Below the pieces are notes generated by a model. That model was not told the origin of the DNA and searched no databases. It saw nothing but the letters and a program-made list of their open reading frames with translations. A DNA stretch of 64,000 bases. Origin: Lingula anatina. Its lineage: Eukaryota > Animalia > Brachiopoda. Below are positions 23,707-37,148 of this stretch, one piece after another. Where the stretch lies: the NCBI GenBank assembly GCA_051362555.1, contig CM120647.1, forward strand, positions 17,460,651-17,524,650, in the 5' to 3' direction. Positions within the stretch are counted from its first letter, which is position 1, and each line of letters begins with the position of its first letter. Position numbers and translations under genes: made by a program.

Positions 23707-26700
23707 TAATCCCGTGGTGCAATGTCTAACAAACACTTTTTTCCTATATATATATTTATCGCTACCACTGCTACTACTAGCACTACTACTACTACTACTG
23801 CAGTTGCATGACTTGTAACGTCTATTTACGTGTCTTTGATTTAACAGGTTTAATTCCTACCCGATTTTCTGAGAAAGGTAACGTATGTGCTTTAAGCGTG
23901 TTCCAGTTAAAGATACTTGAGGTATTTTCTATGTGAAGGGAAAAAACAGAAAAGCAGTCATAGATTTGTATTATCGCACAGTGAGCATACACGCCCGTCC
24001 AACAGGTCTCAAAATACGTCCACATGCATAAATGACAAAACTGGCCCTCGACCTAATCCTATCCTATCACTCACAGATATACACAGTCTGTTACTGAATG
24101 GTGCCTTACTAACACAATACACCTCAAACGCTTCCACGCCAACAAAACGAACACGAAAACCCAGCACACCAGCAAAACTCATCGGACACGATGTCCGTTC
24201 TAAGCGACTATTTGTAAAATGCTCCTACTCCTAAACAAACACGTATCACAGCACATATCAACATCGGAATTGATGGCAGATCAACTTAAGACATCTTAAA
24301 TGATATAACGCCAATACAATGCATCCAAAACCACGTCACTTCTAACACAGCACTTCTTGAATGACGTCACAAAGACACAACAATGCAACATATCCTGAAT
24401 GGCGCCAATACAATGCCGATACACCTGACACGACAAGTCTTGAATGACGTCACAATGACACAACAATGCTGACATATTTTGTGACACGCCATGAACGTTC
24501 TCCAAAAACGAAAACTCAGCGAAGCATTAAAAGCGTTGTCAATATATCAACTTACAACACAGAACCAAACACAATATGATCTATCCGGAAAATATCATTA
24601 TGCCCTACCCTACTCAATATGTATGTAAGATCTAAATAATATTTGATTGTACTGATTTCTTGGGCCCTGCTTTTTCCCACCACTGTCGTCCAAATACAAT
24701 ATCGTGTAAATCAGGGAGGGATATAACCCTCTTTATAGTCCTCCGTTCGATATAGGCCCTTTCCCCGCTACCCCCTCCCTCCCCCGATAGCACGGTTGGA
24801 AATCCCACCTCAGCAAACTGGGTCTAATAGTACTACTTAAACTGACGGTAACCTCATTTATCATATCTGCGGTCTCTCGGGATCTTGTAGGGCGGGATTG
24901 GAGGGTGGGGGTAACCCCCCCCCCCCCCATCTCCCTTTACCAACATTCCTTCTAGAATACCTTATCGGCTTTATGGAGGGGGTGTTGACGCACCCTCTTA
25001 AAACAGTATCCAAACATTTGCAGTAGACCTCGCATTACTCTAGGGGTAGAATATCTGTTCGAACTGCGCCAAAATTTGTACTGGTTAATGTTCTCAAGTT
25101 TCAGCCAAAACTGAGGTAAAAAAAAAATCCCCAAGATTTGCCCGAGATAAAAGATGATTTTAGTTTTGTGAAGTCTACTGTTGGACCTATGTAATTAACT
25201 GCATGTAAGTGATTCGTACCATAATTACAACGTGATCCTTCATTCAAGTCCCTCCCTAATAATTCATACAACTGGAATAATATACTCTGATATTACAACA
25301 ATATGTTCCCTGCGCTCACATATAACAACACGCTCGTTATGTGTGTAAAGGTTTTATGTAAATGTCGCGCTTGCTGAGTGTAAACTGGATTGCATATATT
25401 TAAGTGTCTCTGCGTATTTATGCGGCCTTAACCATCTGGATGCATGAGGTGTTCATTTAAGTAGTTCGTGTGCTAGTTGGTTTTTTTTCTTTTTTTTTTT
25501 TCTTTTCAAAAAGGTGTTTGGCTTCGTACAACAGCTGCAAGCTACACATCTATATCACAACCACGTTAAAACTTTTTAACCTCTAACACAATTACTGTCA
25601 CTACCAACACATTCAGACAGTCACATCTAACACAATTCCTGTCTCAGCCATAAAGCACACTTTCTGTCACAGCCATGGAACACAATTTGATCTGCCACAC
25701 CTAACACAACCACTCTCGATAAAATTGTCTTTCGTGTGATTCGTGCTACACTCAACAATGTCACACCTAACACAATTAATGTAAGGATTATGTGTAAAAG
25801 ATAACAAACTTATTGACACAAATAACCTATAACTCACTGACACACGTTTAAAAACAATAGATGTGCCTCGTATGTGAAAAAGATAAAACTAATACTGGGC
25901 GTACATAGCAACAACGACCCAACGTTTGTTAGATTTATCTTTTTCTCATATGATATCTGGCTACTGGATAAATCAAAACATTTGCTGTCTCGTCATAAGT
26001 GTCGGTTTGAACTAACTCCTATGCAGGAGTCAAATATTTCTTTTCGGATCTTTTTCAGAGGGTATAACATTCCAAGTGCTTTTGTTATATATATGTAAAT
26101 TTACGAATATGATTTTATATATATTTTAAAAGTACATATATGCTTATGTACATATGTGCATCAAGTAAGTCCTATATAAACATGCCATATTAGGACTCCA
26201 CGAACTGAAGCATCATCCAATTTCCACGTAAGAAATTATTGTTCTGTACGGTTCTCTGCATGGTATGCTACATCCGGGTAGCACCCGGAAGTGATAGGAC
26301 TCCGAATGTTGTTATATTTTTACTAACTGTTGCCATAGAAACTAACAAGCACACTGTCATTCATATTTGACAATTTTCTGTTTAATAATATGTAGGCCTA
26401 CTATTTGAAGTTAAATTAGACGTGCATTTTTTTCAGGTTATTCTAGATTTGAAAATATAGATGCGGATGCTGTTTTATAGCTGAAAAATTGTTTCTGATT
26501 TTTATTGACGATATAGATTTTTTTCGTGTTTCGTTTTAATAGAGGACTTACTCTGGTGGAGATCAATATAAAATAAATATGTACTGTTGCTATCCACATG
26601 GACAAATGTATGTCAAAGTAAAATGGTTTATCTTAGCATGAGTTCTTTTTAAACTGTTGATATTAACATCGTTTTTATCTTATCTTTACAAAACAAAATT

Positions 26701-27212
26701 CGATCTAGAATGGTTAAAGCGTTCTATAACTTGAAATATATATGTATTAGATGATGAATATAGTAAGAAATGGACAAATGATGATGATGTACTATACATG
26801 AGTTATTTGCATTATGTGCTTGTTTGCTATTTAGAACGTTGGTAATATTATCCATGAATCGTATGAAAAAAAGGTTTGAACCAAATGATTTGGCATAAAA
26901 GAATCATTTGAAAATTAAGCAGCATATCCAAATATCTCATAAAAGCCTGTGCTTTAAAACATTAGATTCTCGAGGGTATTGGCTCACAGCCTTCTCTTGG
27001 TGCGAATTTTTTGTTCATACGATGCGGTAGCTTCTTGCATGCGACGTATCAATACTAAATCATATTGAACTATGACGTAAGGGGCATGTTGTCTTTTTAT
27101 TAAGCGTACAGAAAGACGCATGCGCATGAATTACTTAGCAACTGTAACAATGTTTGACGCTTGACCTTGAACATGACCTTGAACTTTTGTGTCTTTTTCT
27201 TTCCTCCTCCAG

Positions 27213-27422
27213 GGACTAACGAAGAGTCGATTCCTATGTTGATGTTTAACCACTCTGAGAAGGAAGATGTCCCCCGTACACGTCCCCCAGGGGGACAACA
27301 CTTACCCACGGCAGCAGCCGAGAAAGCAATTCCCCGCCATGTTGAAATTAGTTCTAACCCGGGAACACCATTAAAAGTTACCGAAATCAAAAATGCACCG
27401 CCGCCGTTTTCTTTACCGAGCG
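27213..27422 (+). CDS. Shaw: Shaw C-terminal exon (TNEESIPMLMFNHSEKEDVPRTRPPGG...PPPFSLPS)
   Basis: Strong pyrimidine tract with ccag acceptor and G/gtatgt donor. 210 nt, phase 1-1, open frame. Confidence 0.85.
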
Positions 27423-28161
27423 GTATGTAATTATGAGATATTGAAAAGATACATAAATCATTCTTTTTCTTTACATAGTTTCATCTTTATTTAATTCGTT
27501 GTAATAGAAAAAGATGGACACTAGAAACATTTACCTTAATTACTTCTTATTTCTCCAAACGCCGACTACCTCTCTTTTACTTGTTTCGTGGAAAGGGTTC
27601 AAAATCACTACACATTTTTTTGCCGAAGAAGCCAAAACCAATTTGAACCAAAAACATTGAAATGTTGTGCGGGGTATTTTCAAATTCAGTAGCAACTAAA
27701 CTGGTGGTGGGGGAGTGTCGCTTATGCACGGCAATTCCCATTAATGCAATTAATGTGTTATATCAATGCTAAGGCTGCCAATAATCTGTGCTGCTTTAAA
27801 TTTAATGCGTAAGCAAGTTTATTACAATGCATGCCTCCATAACTTACAATTAGGTACAACAAACACAATATTCCCATAACACAATTGTGCCAAAACAAAC
27901 CCAATACTGTCACGCGTTCACTCACACGCGCACGTGTCCAGTTACACGCACACAGACTGAAAATCGAAATGGCGGATCCTTCTTCTCTTCTAAGATGAAG
28001 TAGGCCTATCGATATGAATCTATATAAACATCCAAAAAAAATCCCGTAGTGCCTCACGTACTGTACTGTATGTTCAAGGGTGAAATCAAAACAGTTTGCT
28101 TTTCCCCCACCTTTATAATATAGTTTATACCTGCCAGCGTGTGTGTATTCACACGCGCCCT

Positions 28162-28204
<43 letters not shown>

Positions 28205-28838
28205 AAAGATACTTTCTATACCAAATTCAAATTCAAAACCATATTTATAGTTCCATCATCTATATAGGAAACTCTCCCCAATCGTATTATGAACCCTGGC
28301 TGTTATACAACCACATAAAGGTACATATATATTGATGTACCTTATATAATGTCACTTCTGCCACCTTGCTAAAAACTTAATAAAGTTTGCGGTTAGTATA
28401 CTGTTACATCCTGCTGTCACTTTAAATTGTGCACACAGCTGGATTAGGCTAGACTAGTGTGTTTTACCTAGTAGTGTAACGCTCTAACAACGCAGTTCCC
28501 CTTTGTCTTGATTGGTATAGTTTGAATGTCGTACTGCACCTGTGACATGTTCAATTATAGCAACTCCTCTACCGGCACAATGCACATTTCACATTCTAGG
28601 TGTCGCAACTAACGCAATTACTTTAACTCACACTCAATGCACTGGGGAATGGCCGTGTTTGGAGTAGCATTCATTTACATTTTGTGTGGTATACTTTTGT
28701 TCTGTTACAGGAATTATTTATAACATAAATGTATGTATTTTCAATCCGAAGTGGTGTTCTTATTTTGACCAAACATGAATGTATTAATTTATATTATAGA
28801 ATTCCTCTTTTTCTTTTAATTCGATTTCCGTTTTTTAG

Positions 28839-29012
28839 ATGGCGCATCTAGCACATTGCATCAAAACAACGGACCTGGAAGTGGTTTCATACCACATCCG
28901 GGTCCTCCATCATATCCGGGCACTACAGTGACCTTGAACGATGCCTCGGGTCCACGTGGGAGCACGGAAAGCATGAACCATCGGAAGAGCCTGCACTCTA
29001 GTTTGAATCAAA
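28839..29012 (+). CDS. Shaw: Shaw C-terminal exon (DGASSTLHQNNGPGSGFIPHPGPPSYPG...KSLHSSLNQ)
   Basis: ttttttag acceptor and A/gtaagg donor. 174 nt, phase 1-1, open frame, GC-richer than its flanks. Not in the ORF track. Confidence 0.85.
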
Positions 29013-29191
29013 GTAAGGTCCCACCTTAGTGAAGTCATCCTGTGCCATTTTATTTTCTTTTAAGTGATGATTATGTCATGTGCTCCACAACACAATTGCA
29101 CACTGTCGCAACTAACACATTCAACTGCGCCACACAGCCATACATACAGCTACCTTTCGAACACGTATGCATCAAATACAATACTGAACTC

Positions 29192-29318
29192 TACCCTCTA
29201 CCAGGGTGGCAGATTATATAGGGAAAACGGGAAAATCCAGCCAAATGACTGTCTATTTATCTAGAGACATATCTGTGAATATCTGTGAAAAATCAATCTG
29301 TCGCCCTGGTAGAGGGTA
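29192..29318. mobile_element. Short MITE (family copy 1)
   Basis: TACCCTCTACCAGGGTGGCAGATT / AATCTGTCGCCCTGGTAGAGGGTA, 24-bp TIR with 2 mismatches. Confidence 0.75.
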
Positions 29319-30025
29319 ACCGAACCCCACGCTGACACTACACGCACACTCACATACATACACACAAACACTAACACATGCAAATACACACACACACTTG
29401 CATTCATGGAAAGCAGGCACATATATCAATTAAAATTGTTCTAAGTGTTAAATTAATCATAGTTTGTCGACTTCCGATTACAGAGACGCTAGACGGAGTA
29501 GCATAAGTGGGTTGGTATTCTTTATCAGACAAAATATTATGCACTATTTTGTATTTGCTAGTAAGAAATAATTTCAAGTCCAGTCAGTCAAGCATATTCA
29601 TTTCCAAAAGTAAATTCGAATAGATTAGATCGAATGTGTAAATGCGAAAGATCTTTGATCTTACTTTTGAACGTATTGATTCCATAAGGCAAGATGTATG
29701 GGGAAAAATCAAAAACATTCCACTTTTATAGATTGCAGTGACATCGCTTTATTCAACTGCTTTTAAACCAAAGTCATACTTATGGCGCATTTACCCTCAC
29801 ACCCTGATTTACACTTTGAGCGGACAAACAAATCAGTAATCAGACACAGGATCGTGTTTTGTTATGTTCCACGGCGCTGACAATATCCTGAGAGGCATGT
29901 GCCTCATTCACTGATTTAAGACAAAGCAAGAACGTATATGTGTACAGGATTTGGTTTCCAGCATGTCAGAGTAGCTCACTTGTTTAGTCATCAACGATAA
30001 ATTTTGTTTGTCTTGTCTTGCCTAG

Positions 30026-30189
30026 TCCATCCCCTACCGGCCGACCAGGACCACAAATCAGGAGCATCGCAGAGGACATCGTCTGGCCAATCAACACCAA
30101 CAGCCCCATATAAACCAGTGACGTCACAGCGTCCCTCGCCTTCGTCAAGTTCGAATGCTGTCAACAGCTTGGTTGCGGTTAACACGTGA
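30026..30189 (+). CDS. Shaw: Shaw last coding exon (IHPLPADQDHKSG...NSLVAVNT*)
   Basis: ttgcctag acceptor in phase 1, S/P-rich open frame to TGA. The joined long isoform is about 685 aa. Confidence 0.8.
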
Positions 30190-33100
30190 AGACGATAGTG
30201 GTAGGACTGTAACTGTTGTGCAGACCGAAGTTGGCAGCAGATTTTAAAAAAAATCTGAACTTGTCGTTTGCGTTGGAAAGTTTGCCCACAAGAAATTCTA
30301 AATCCCAGTATGGTGGCACCGAACCATCTGATAACCATTTAACTTTCAAAAAAAAAATTCGTCTAAAGAATTCTCAAACACGTGATACGTCTGCGACAGT
30401 CACGTGCATATCACGTGATGATCTTGGTGAAGAGAATGGACTGACTGTATGGCACGGAGGGCACTTTTAACGCACGTGCTCAGTGGCAGCACGCGTTTGC
30501 GCACGCGCTCCATGTATGCACCTCTACAGCAGCATGTGATACTGCATGTCAATTCATTAGATGTACATGCTGACATACGGTGATAAACAGATTTGAACGA
30601 TGGCACGCGACGTTTGGCGATGTCACTAGAAAAGTAAGGAAGATAAACTAAGTTCAGTAAGACGGGCCGTAAATTGTTCCATTGAGAGAACTTTGTGAGA
30701 GAACTTTGTGGTGACAAAGCTCACTATGATACACCACTGTGTAGACATTGCCGAACATTTGCGGAAAGTAACGAAGGTATGCGGAAAGACACAGGCAAAT
30801 GTCACTATTCGCCAATATATAGTGATATGATTATGCCAGCTTACCTGCTGAGTGTGAAGTCTGTCTCTCTGTCATGATTCGGCAATCACGTGACATAAGC
30901 TGTATATGTTTTTAGTGTAACTATTCTCAAACACAGTTTAAAAACGTTAGTAACCTGTGAACAAAAGTTTTAGAATTATTTTTTCTTTGGCGCGTTATGT
31001 TCGCGCCTAGTAGTTGAATTGTTTCGAATATCAGATTGATATGTGTTTTATGCATTAGTGGATATTTCTTTAGAATTTCACAGCGTCCAAGAACTGTAAT
31101 GCTTGAATTGACAAGGGACTTCTACCTTTTTTTTTTTTTTTAAATTTTTGTCTTAAATGCCTTGGTACCGATATTGGATACGATCACATACATGTATAAG
31201 TCACACTTACGAATATCTCACCAAACACGATGGCAGACGATAATCCCCAATGCACCACTTAACAACACGATACAAGGCGGCAATTTACGGCAGATGACAT
31301 CATTAAAACCTTACAAAAGACAAAACATCTCAAAACCCTACCACTTTGTAATACTTATTAATTAACCCTGTCTTGCATTATTCGAACTTATTTGATTCAT
31401 CACCAAACCATTCGATTCTAACGTGCTTAAGATTGTGTAGAAATGTATTATATTTATATAGCGCTCAATCTTGCAACAGCATCCCAAATTTTGAAAGAAG
31501 AAAAAGAAAACTGCATAGTGCCTTGAGATGTCTACGATGATTTTGGCCTAACAAACAGGTGTGGCATGCGCCTTCCTGTAATAAAACTTAGCAAAAAAAG
31601 AAGAAAAAAAGACACGAAAGAAACCCTCTGCTTGAAAACCTAATAGCAATCCATATTAAATGAAATCTTCCAGATTGCATGGATTTTGCGACATGGTCAT
31701 TGCGTGTTTCAAATTGGACCACCTCCTCATAATTAAATATACTCCAACCCCCCCCCCCCAACGCCCCTCCCCATTGTGTCGCCATGCTTCAAACCCTTAT
31801 ATGTAAGTAGAATTAGTGACATGTGTTAAAACAGGCATTGTATTTCTTCATGTTAATTCAACAAATTTTATACCGTGTTCAGAAGTCCTGGATGGTATAC
31901 CGATGAGTTTGTTCCCCAAACAGGCTGCCTATTCGATTTTTTCCTAGCAATTTAGAATTCTGCCAGCTCTGCATGTGTTGGCAGTATCTCCTTTGATATT
32001 GTTGTAAGTTTAAAACAATAAGTGCATTGGTCTTGCAATAATTGTGTTAGGTGTTCTTTTTCTTGGTGTCACAACTAACGCATTGTTATGAGATTTGCTC
32101 TTGAACATGCCATGTGTGCCAGGAATAATTCTCAAAGGAATGGCAGTCTGGGGCCCCATATGGTTAGTCCAAGTTAGTGTTAGCCGGTAGTATCGGGGTC
32201 AAAATATGGTATGAATTACACTTGTGCGAAGTAATGTGGAACGAACTGATATTCCTGTCACACCTGGATTGTGTTTGAGATCCTGGTTGAGAAATTTTCA
32301 GGTAAACTGTACTTGCAGTTTGTTTCTTCCATTTTCCCTATCATTGTGTCTTGTCTTTTATTTAAAAGATTGAATGGATGACTGCTTCGCCAGCAGTCTG
32401 ATCCGATGACTTGGGTTTCGGCTTTAGATACATGAGCTGAGAATAAAATATATACGGCAGCATGGGCTCCGAATGATACAAGACAGGCTGTGTAGAAATC
32501 GATTATTGTTTCACATGCGCCTACTTCACGATCAAGTGGACCATGTGTGGGTCAGTGGTCAGATATTCAAAATATTTATAGGATGTTGGTTCTTCCCTCT
32601 TTAGATAAGTACACATTTTTAGAAATTTCATAATATATTTTGGTAAAAGTGTTCTTGATATAAAGAGTTTTGTTAGGGGAGCACTATATTGCATGACAAC
32701 AAACTTCAGACCGCTTTAAATATTACTACAATAAATTTAAAAACTACTTTTTACATATTATAAATCGTGGCCTTCTGCAGCTACTGAAAACTACAAGTTT
32801 AAACAAAATAATAAAACGGGCAAAATTGGATAAAAAAATTTTACACACAGTGTGGTGTTCCTGACCGTGAAATAGGCCGAAGGGGTTAGTTTTTTTTTTG
32901 CGCAAATTATGCCAGTGAAGGCATTAAGAGAAGAAACAGTATATACCTGTCCAACGGAATTGGGAACGTATACGAAAATAGTTTGATAACTCTCAACTAT
33001 TCAAATGACATGACGTCAGGTTAGGTCAGGTGACGTAAGCACTAACGAGCAGCAGGGACGATCTTTTTGTATAGTAGTCATTGAGCGTTTATCTTAAATC

Positions 33101-33557
33101 TGGACTTTTAATCTTGAGTCACTTTTATGATGGCGATGTCAGTTAATGGAGTCTTTTATTCATAGAATAATGTGTATATTTATGGCGTGAGAAGCACGCG
33201 TTTTCATGATAGTGACGTTTAAATGGACGTGGTATAATTATTCATTTTCATATCCATGTACATGTTTACTCTCCCAGAAACGGTCTCGTTCTCAGTGCAT
33301 TTAGCTATTCACATATGCACCTGGAACGAGGCCGTAGCGGGGAGACTCAAATATGTTGCCATTTTTGTAAGAACACTGTTGAAATAAAGATGGAGCATGT
33401 TTTTCTAGCAGAAAGAAAGCGTGGACATTCCTCTTGGTTTTTGTCAAATGTCTTTGCGGACCTAAAGTAACGAAACTAAATGTAAGACAGAGGAACCCAC
33501 CGTTAATCAACGTTTTCACCTTGCGTTCGCAGTGGATCAATTCGCAGTGCACTGTAC

Positions 33558-33789
33558 AGCCTAGGTCCCAACCGAACGTACGGGCTGCTACGTGTGGTCT
33601 ACGGCGAAAAAAATGGGGAAAACGTGGGAGTTCGTGCGTGAGGAGCACGTCCATCGTGCGACTTTTGGAGGACGCAAACAGCACGTGTAAACTTTTCACC
33701 AATTACTTGATTTCTTCCCTGCGATCTAGCTACGTGCTTGCCGGACGTAAGGAACCTAAAAACCGTGCGTCCAAGTTGGGACCTAGGCT
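33558..33789. mobile_element. MITE with perfect 15-bp TIR
   Basis: AGCCTAGGTCCCAAC ... GTTGGGACCTAGGCT, with a CpG-rich interior. Confidence 0.75.
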
Positions 33790-33821
33790 TAAGGTGTCTT
33801 TTTTCTGCTGAAATCGGTTAA

Positions 33822-34157
33822 AGGGATAATAACTCTTCGTATGAGATCTATATTTCACAATAAAAACATTGTGAATAACTCATAGAAATATAATATATTC
33901 TGTTTTACCACAAAAACGGCAGTTATACCTATTATTCTGATATCTGAGCTTTTCTTTAGACCACGTGACCTCCATTGATGGCTATACTCTGCTAAAATCT
34001 CTTAAGAGATTTTAACAAAAAACCAAACTCTTTAGAAAAAAAACAGGGACTAACTTTGAATGTAAAAATGAATTCATTAACCATTGGTAAGTATGGGAAA
34101 ATTGTTGTTTACTCCAGGAAAATTCATTTTTTGGCCGAAACGAAGAGTTATTATCCT
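33822..34157. mobile_element. TTAA-flanked non-autonomous DNA transposon (Kolobok-like termini)
   Basis: TTAA|AGGGATAATAACTCTTCGT ... ACGAAGAGTTATTATCCT|TTAA. Confidence 0.72.
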
Positions 34158-34829
34158 TTAAACAGAAGTTATGACGTGCTGTCATACCGGAAAAGCTGCT
34201 AAATCAATTCAAGTTGGATCGCATTCATTGCCAGGCCTGCTCGGAACGTTCCGAGTTAGATGACTTTAGATGCTTTTATTTTCATTTCGTTTTGCACCTA
34301 GATAACGTTTGCTTTCACCTTTGACGTTATGGAGCACATTGAGGTCCACGGTTGTTCACACCTCGGCGATTTTAGTATTGAGTAGTCTTTACTCTTTCCT
34401 TGTGCACTTGCCTCGGGTACTGTATGAACATATGAACAGTCTTGAGAAGTAAGGGCCCAAGATAGGAAAGGTGGGGCATGAAAAGACCAAATGTGTGCCT
34501 GTTAAAAGGAGTAGAGGCCACGCGACTCTTGTAAAAAATAAAACAATTTCTTTCTAATAATCCCACCAAGAAGATAGCACATTTTGATGAAATGCAGAAC
34601 ATACGGAGTTAGCTAGAGCTCAATTTAGTTCAAGATCTGTGACACCAATGTAAGGACTTTTTACTGAAGAAAAAGGAAATATAAATGTCGACACAGGTGT
34701 AAAAATATCTAAAGTATACCGTATTTTTATGCAAAAGATAATTTGCTAAGTCCAACGAGAGAGCCTTCATTCGTTCTCGTGACATCCCGATTCTGGGGCC
34801 AGGTCGTTGTCGTGATGGACTGACGTGCC

Positions 34830-34940
34830 TCATCCGGGACTCGAACCCGTGACTTTGCGTTACCAAGCTTGATGACGCTTTGGATGCCTCATTTTAAATT
34901 CAGTCGCCTTGCACGCTACCGACTGCTCCGTGTCAGACCC
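34830..34940 (-). mobile_element. tRNA-derived SINE head
   Basis: Minus strand shows A-box-like AGCAGTCGGTAGCG and B-box GGTTCGAGTCCC with an abnormally long spacer. No acceptor stem. Confidence 0.55.
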
Positions 34941-35031
34941 GCCTACCCTCCGTACTTGCGAGTTTCCTCTTATAGTAATCAATCGCAATTTTTAAAAAAT
35001 TAATTCTGGCCAAAAGATGACGTTAGATCTA

Positions 35032-35099
35032 GTGTGACTCGAACCAGCGTACGAGTGTCTGCCTGTATGCAAGACAGCAGAGTTACCACGGAGCCACGG
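35032..35099 (-). mobile_element. tRNA-derived SINE head or tRNA pseudogene (Ala-TGC-like loop)
   Basis: Minus strand reads GTGGCTCCGTGGTAA (A box), CTGT-CTTGCAT-ACAG stem-loop and GGTTCGAGTC (B box). The cloverleaf is incomplete. Confidence 0.5.
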
Positions 35100-37096
35100 A
35101 AGCTTTGTTATTAGTGCCGATCAGAAGGAAACTTTCAACCTTGCCACGGAGAGGGCCAGGTTGGATGTACATGTGTGTATCTGCTATCCCAATCGATAAT
35201 CCGGGTGTCGCAAATCATCCCAAGCAAATCCCACTCCACGACATTGATTGGGTAATTACTGGTGCGATTTCCATTTAAGCAACTGCAGCGAGGGAAAATT
35301 TTAGCAAAACATATTTGCCATTTGGCAAACCTATCTGCGGTTTCCGCAAGCCCTATCATAGAAATTACACATATCAAAAAGTTGCCTAATAATTATATAA
35401 GCCGTTAACACTCCTGGTATTATAGCTCACGAATGGGTGTTTAATATCTCCGGTGCGGTTCACAGTACACAGCACGAACCGTAAATTTAAAGAACAATGG
35501 GCCTTAAGGTGGAACATGGCAGTCATTTAAGTTGTCAAGGACTTTTTAATGCTGACGCCATAAACCATACTGCGTCGAGTGCCGTTATCCTAAGCCCGAT
35601 GCGGTATTTGACAACTACGACTCAAATCGTCAAGGTGGATGACGTGACAGCGCGTGCGTGACCTTGACTGACAAGCAATCGTCTGAGAAATATTTGATTG
35701 GTTCTGCCTTATAATTTCTTTTTAAAAGTCAATATATGATTTCTTTGAGCCACAGAATAAACTGAAAGTTTCAGAAACACGGATTCGCCCTCAGTGGTAA
35801 CGTTATATAATTTAAGAGCGTGACAAAATTACTTGACAATCATAGTTGGTGAGTGAATTGGAAATAAAAGGGGTTCACGCGGGGAGGGGGTTAGACAATT
35901 TAGCTTATTAAACAAAATAATAGCTTGAAGTCTGCTGTATTTTGTCTCCTCAGCAATTTTCCGTTAAACAAGAAAAGCATAGTTGCCAAACGGTCCTCTT
36001 ATTCATCTTCATATCCAATTTTACATTTATTTCATTATAGTTAAATGTTCTATATTTCTATATATGCTTTATATTTCCATATACAGTAGTCAAATGTTCT
36101 TGGGCCTTTAGAATGAGAGAAATAAACTAGACATACTGAACAAAAAGGGACTTGACAATCAGATGTACTTTAATAGTTAATACAATCTTATCTCACAGGG
36201 GAAGGGGAGGGTCGCAGTTGGATTCATATGCCATCAGTATACAGGGTGCATATACTGTATAAAGACATGCTTGAACTCGGAGTTAATTGAAACGATCTTA
36301 ATATGCTCTTACCACGCGATCTCCGCTTACCTCCGATCTGTAATTAGGGCAATATCTCTGTACTATACGGACTAGATCGTGTTACCTTGCGTAATAACAC
36401 GGAGGTTTCCCCGTTATTGATCAGTGTTAATTCCCCACTCCTTTTCCCATTAAATATACATGACACCTTGCTACAGGGGTACTCGCACTCTCTCACACCC
36501 TGTATCGTGTTCAGGTACATGTACAGGTACAGTGAGTGAAAATGTCGTATCAATTTGATGTGAATATAATGACTTAAACGTGACACTATATGACTTGGAA
36601 GAAAAATGCGAAGCTGATCATTTTCAGAATTTTGTGCTCATGTAAGGAGGCCCAATGTGCCGAGACATAGTAGTTTTAAAAGACCGCCAAAGCCACAAAA
36701 TAAAATTAGAATAATAATGATCTAATGAATACCTGTGACGATAAGCTAAGACCAAACATTAAAGGCGACTGACTTTAATTTAAAAGATAATAACAAGTAG
36801 GCGATTACAACCGAATTTCTCTGTCTTACCGGGATATAGCAACCGCTCGGCAAAATAATTTTGGGTATCTCTCACTGCTATGTCATTAAAGAAAAGAATA
36901 CAATATTTCAAGTTCATTTACTCTGAATGGAAGTAGAGCTTGATGTTCACTATCAGATTTATTGTCCAAGTCCTAATATTGAAGGGGTGAGAGTTGGCAG
37001 AACTTAATTAGTCTCAAGGGAGTCTCAAGCCAGTTGTAAAAAGGGATTAAACAGAATACTGTGCTCTTATTCTTCATCATCATCACCATTATTATC

Positions 37097-37148
<52 letters not shown>

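Noticed and set aside
35032-35099. Functional tRNA gene
   Set aside because: A/B boxes are present but the acceptor and T stems do not pair. Treated as a SINE head or pseudogene.
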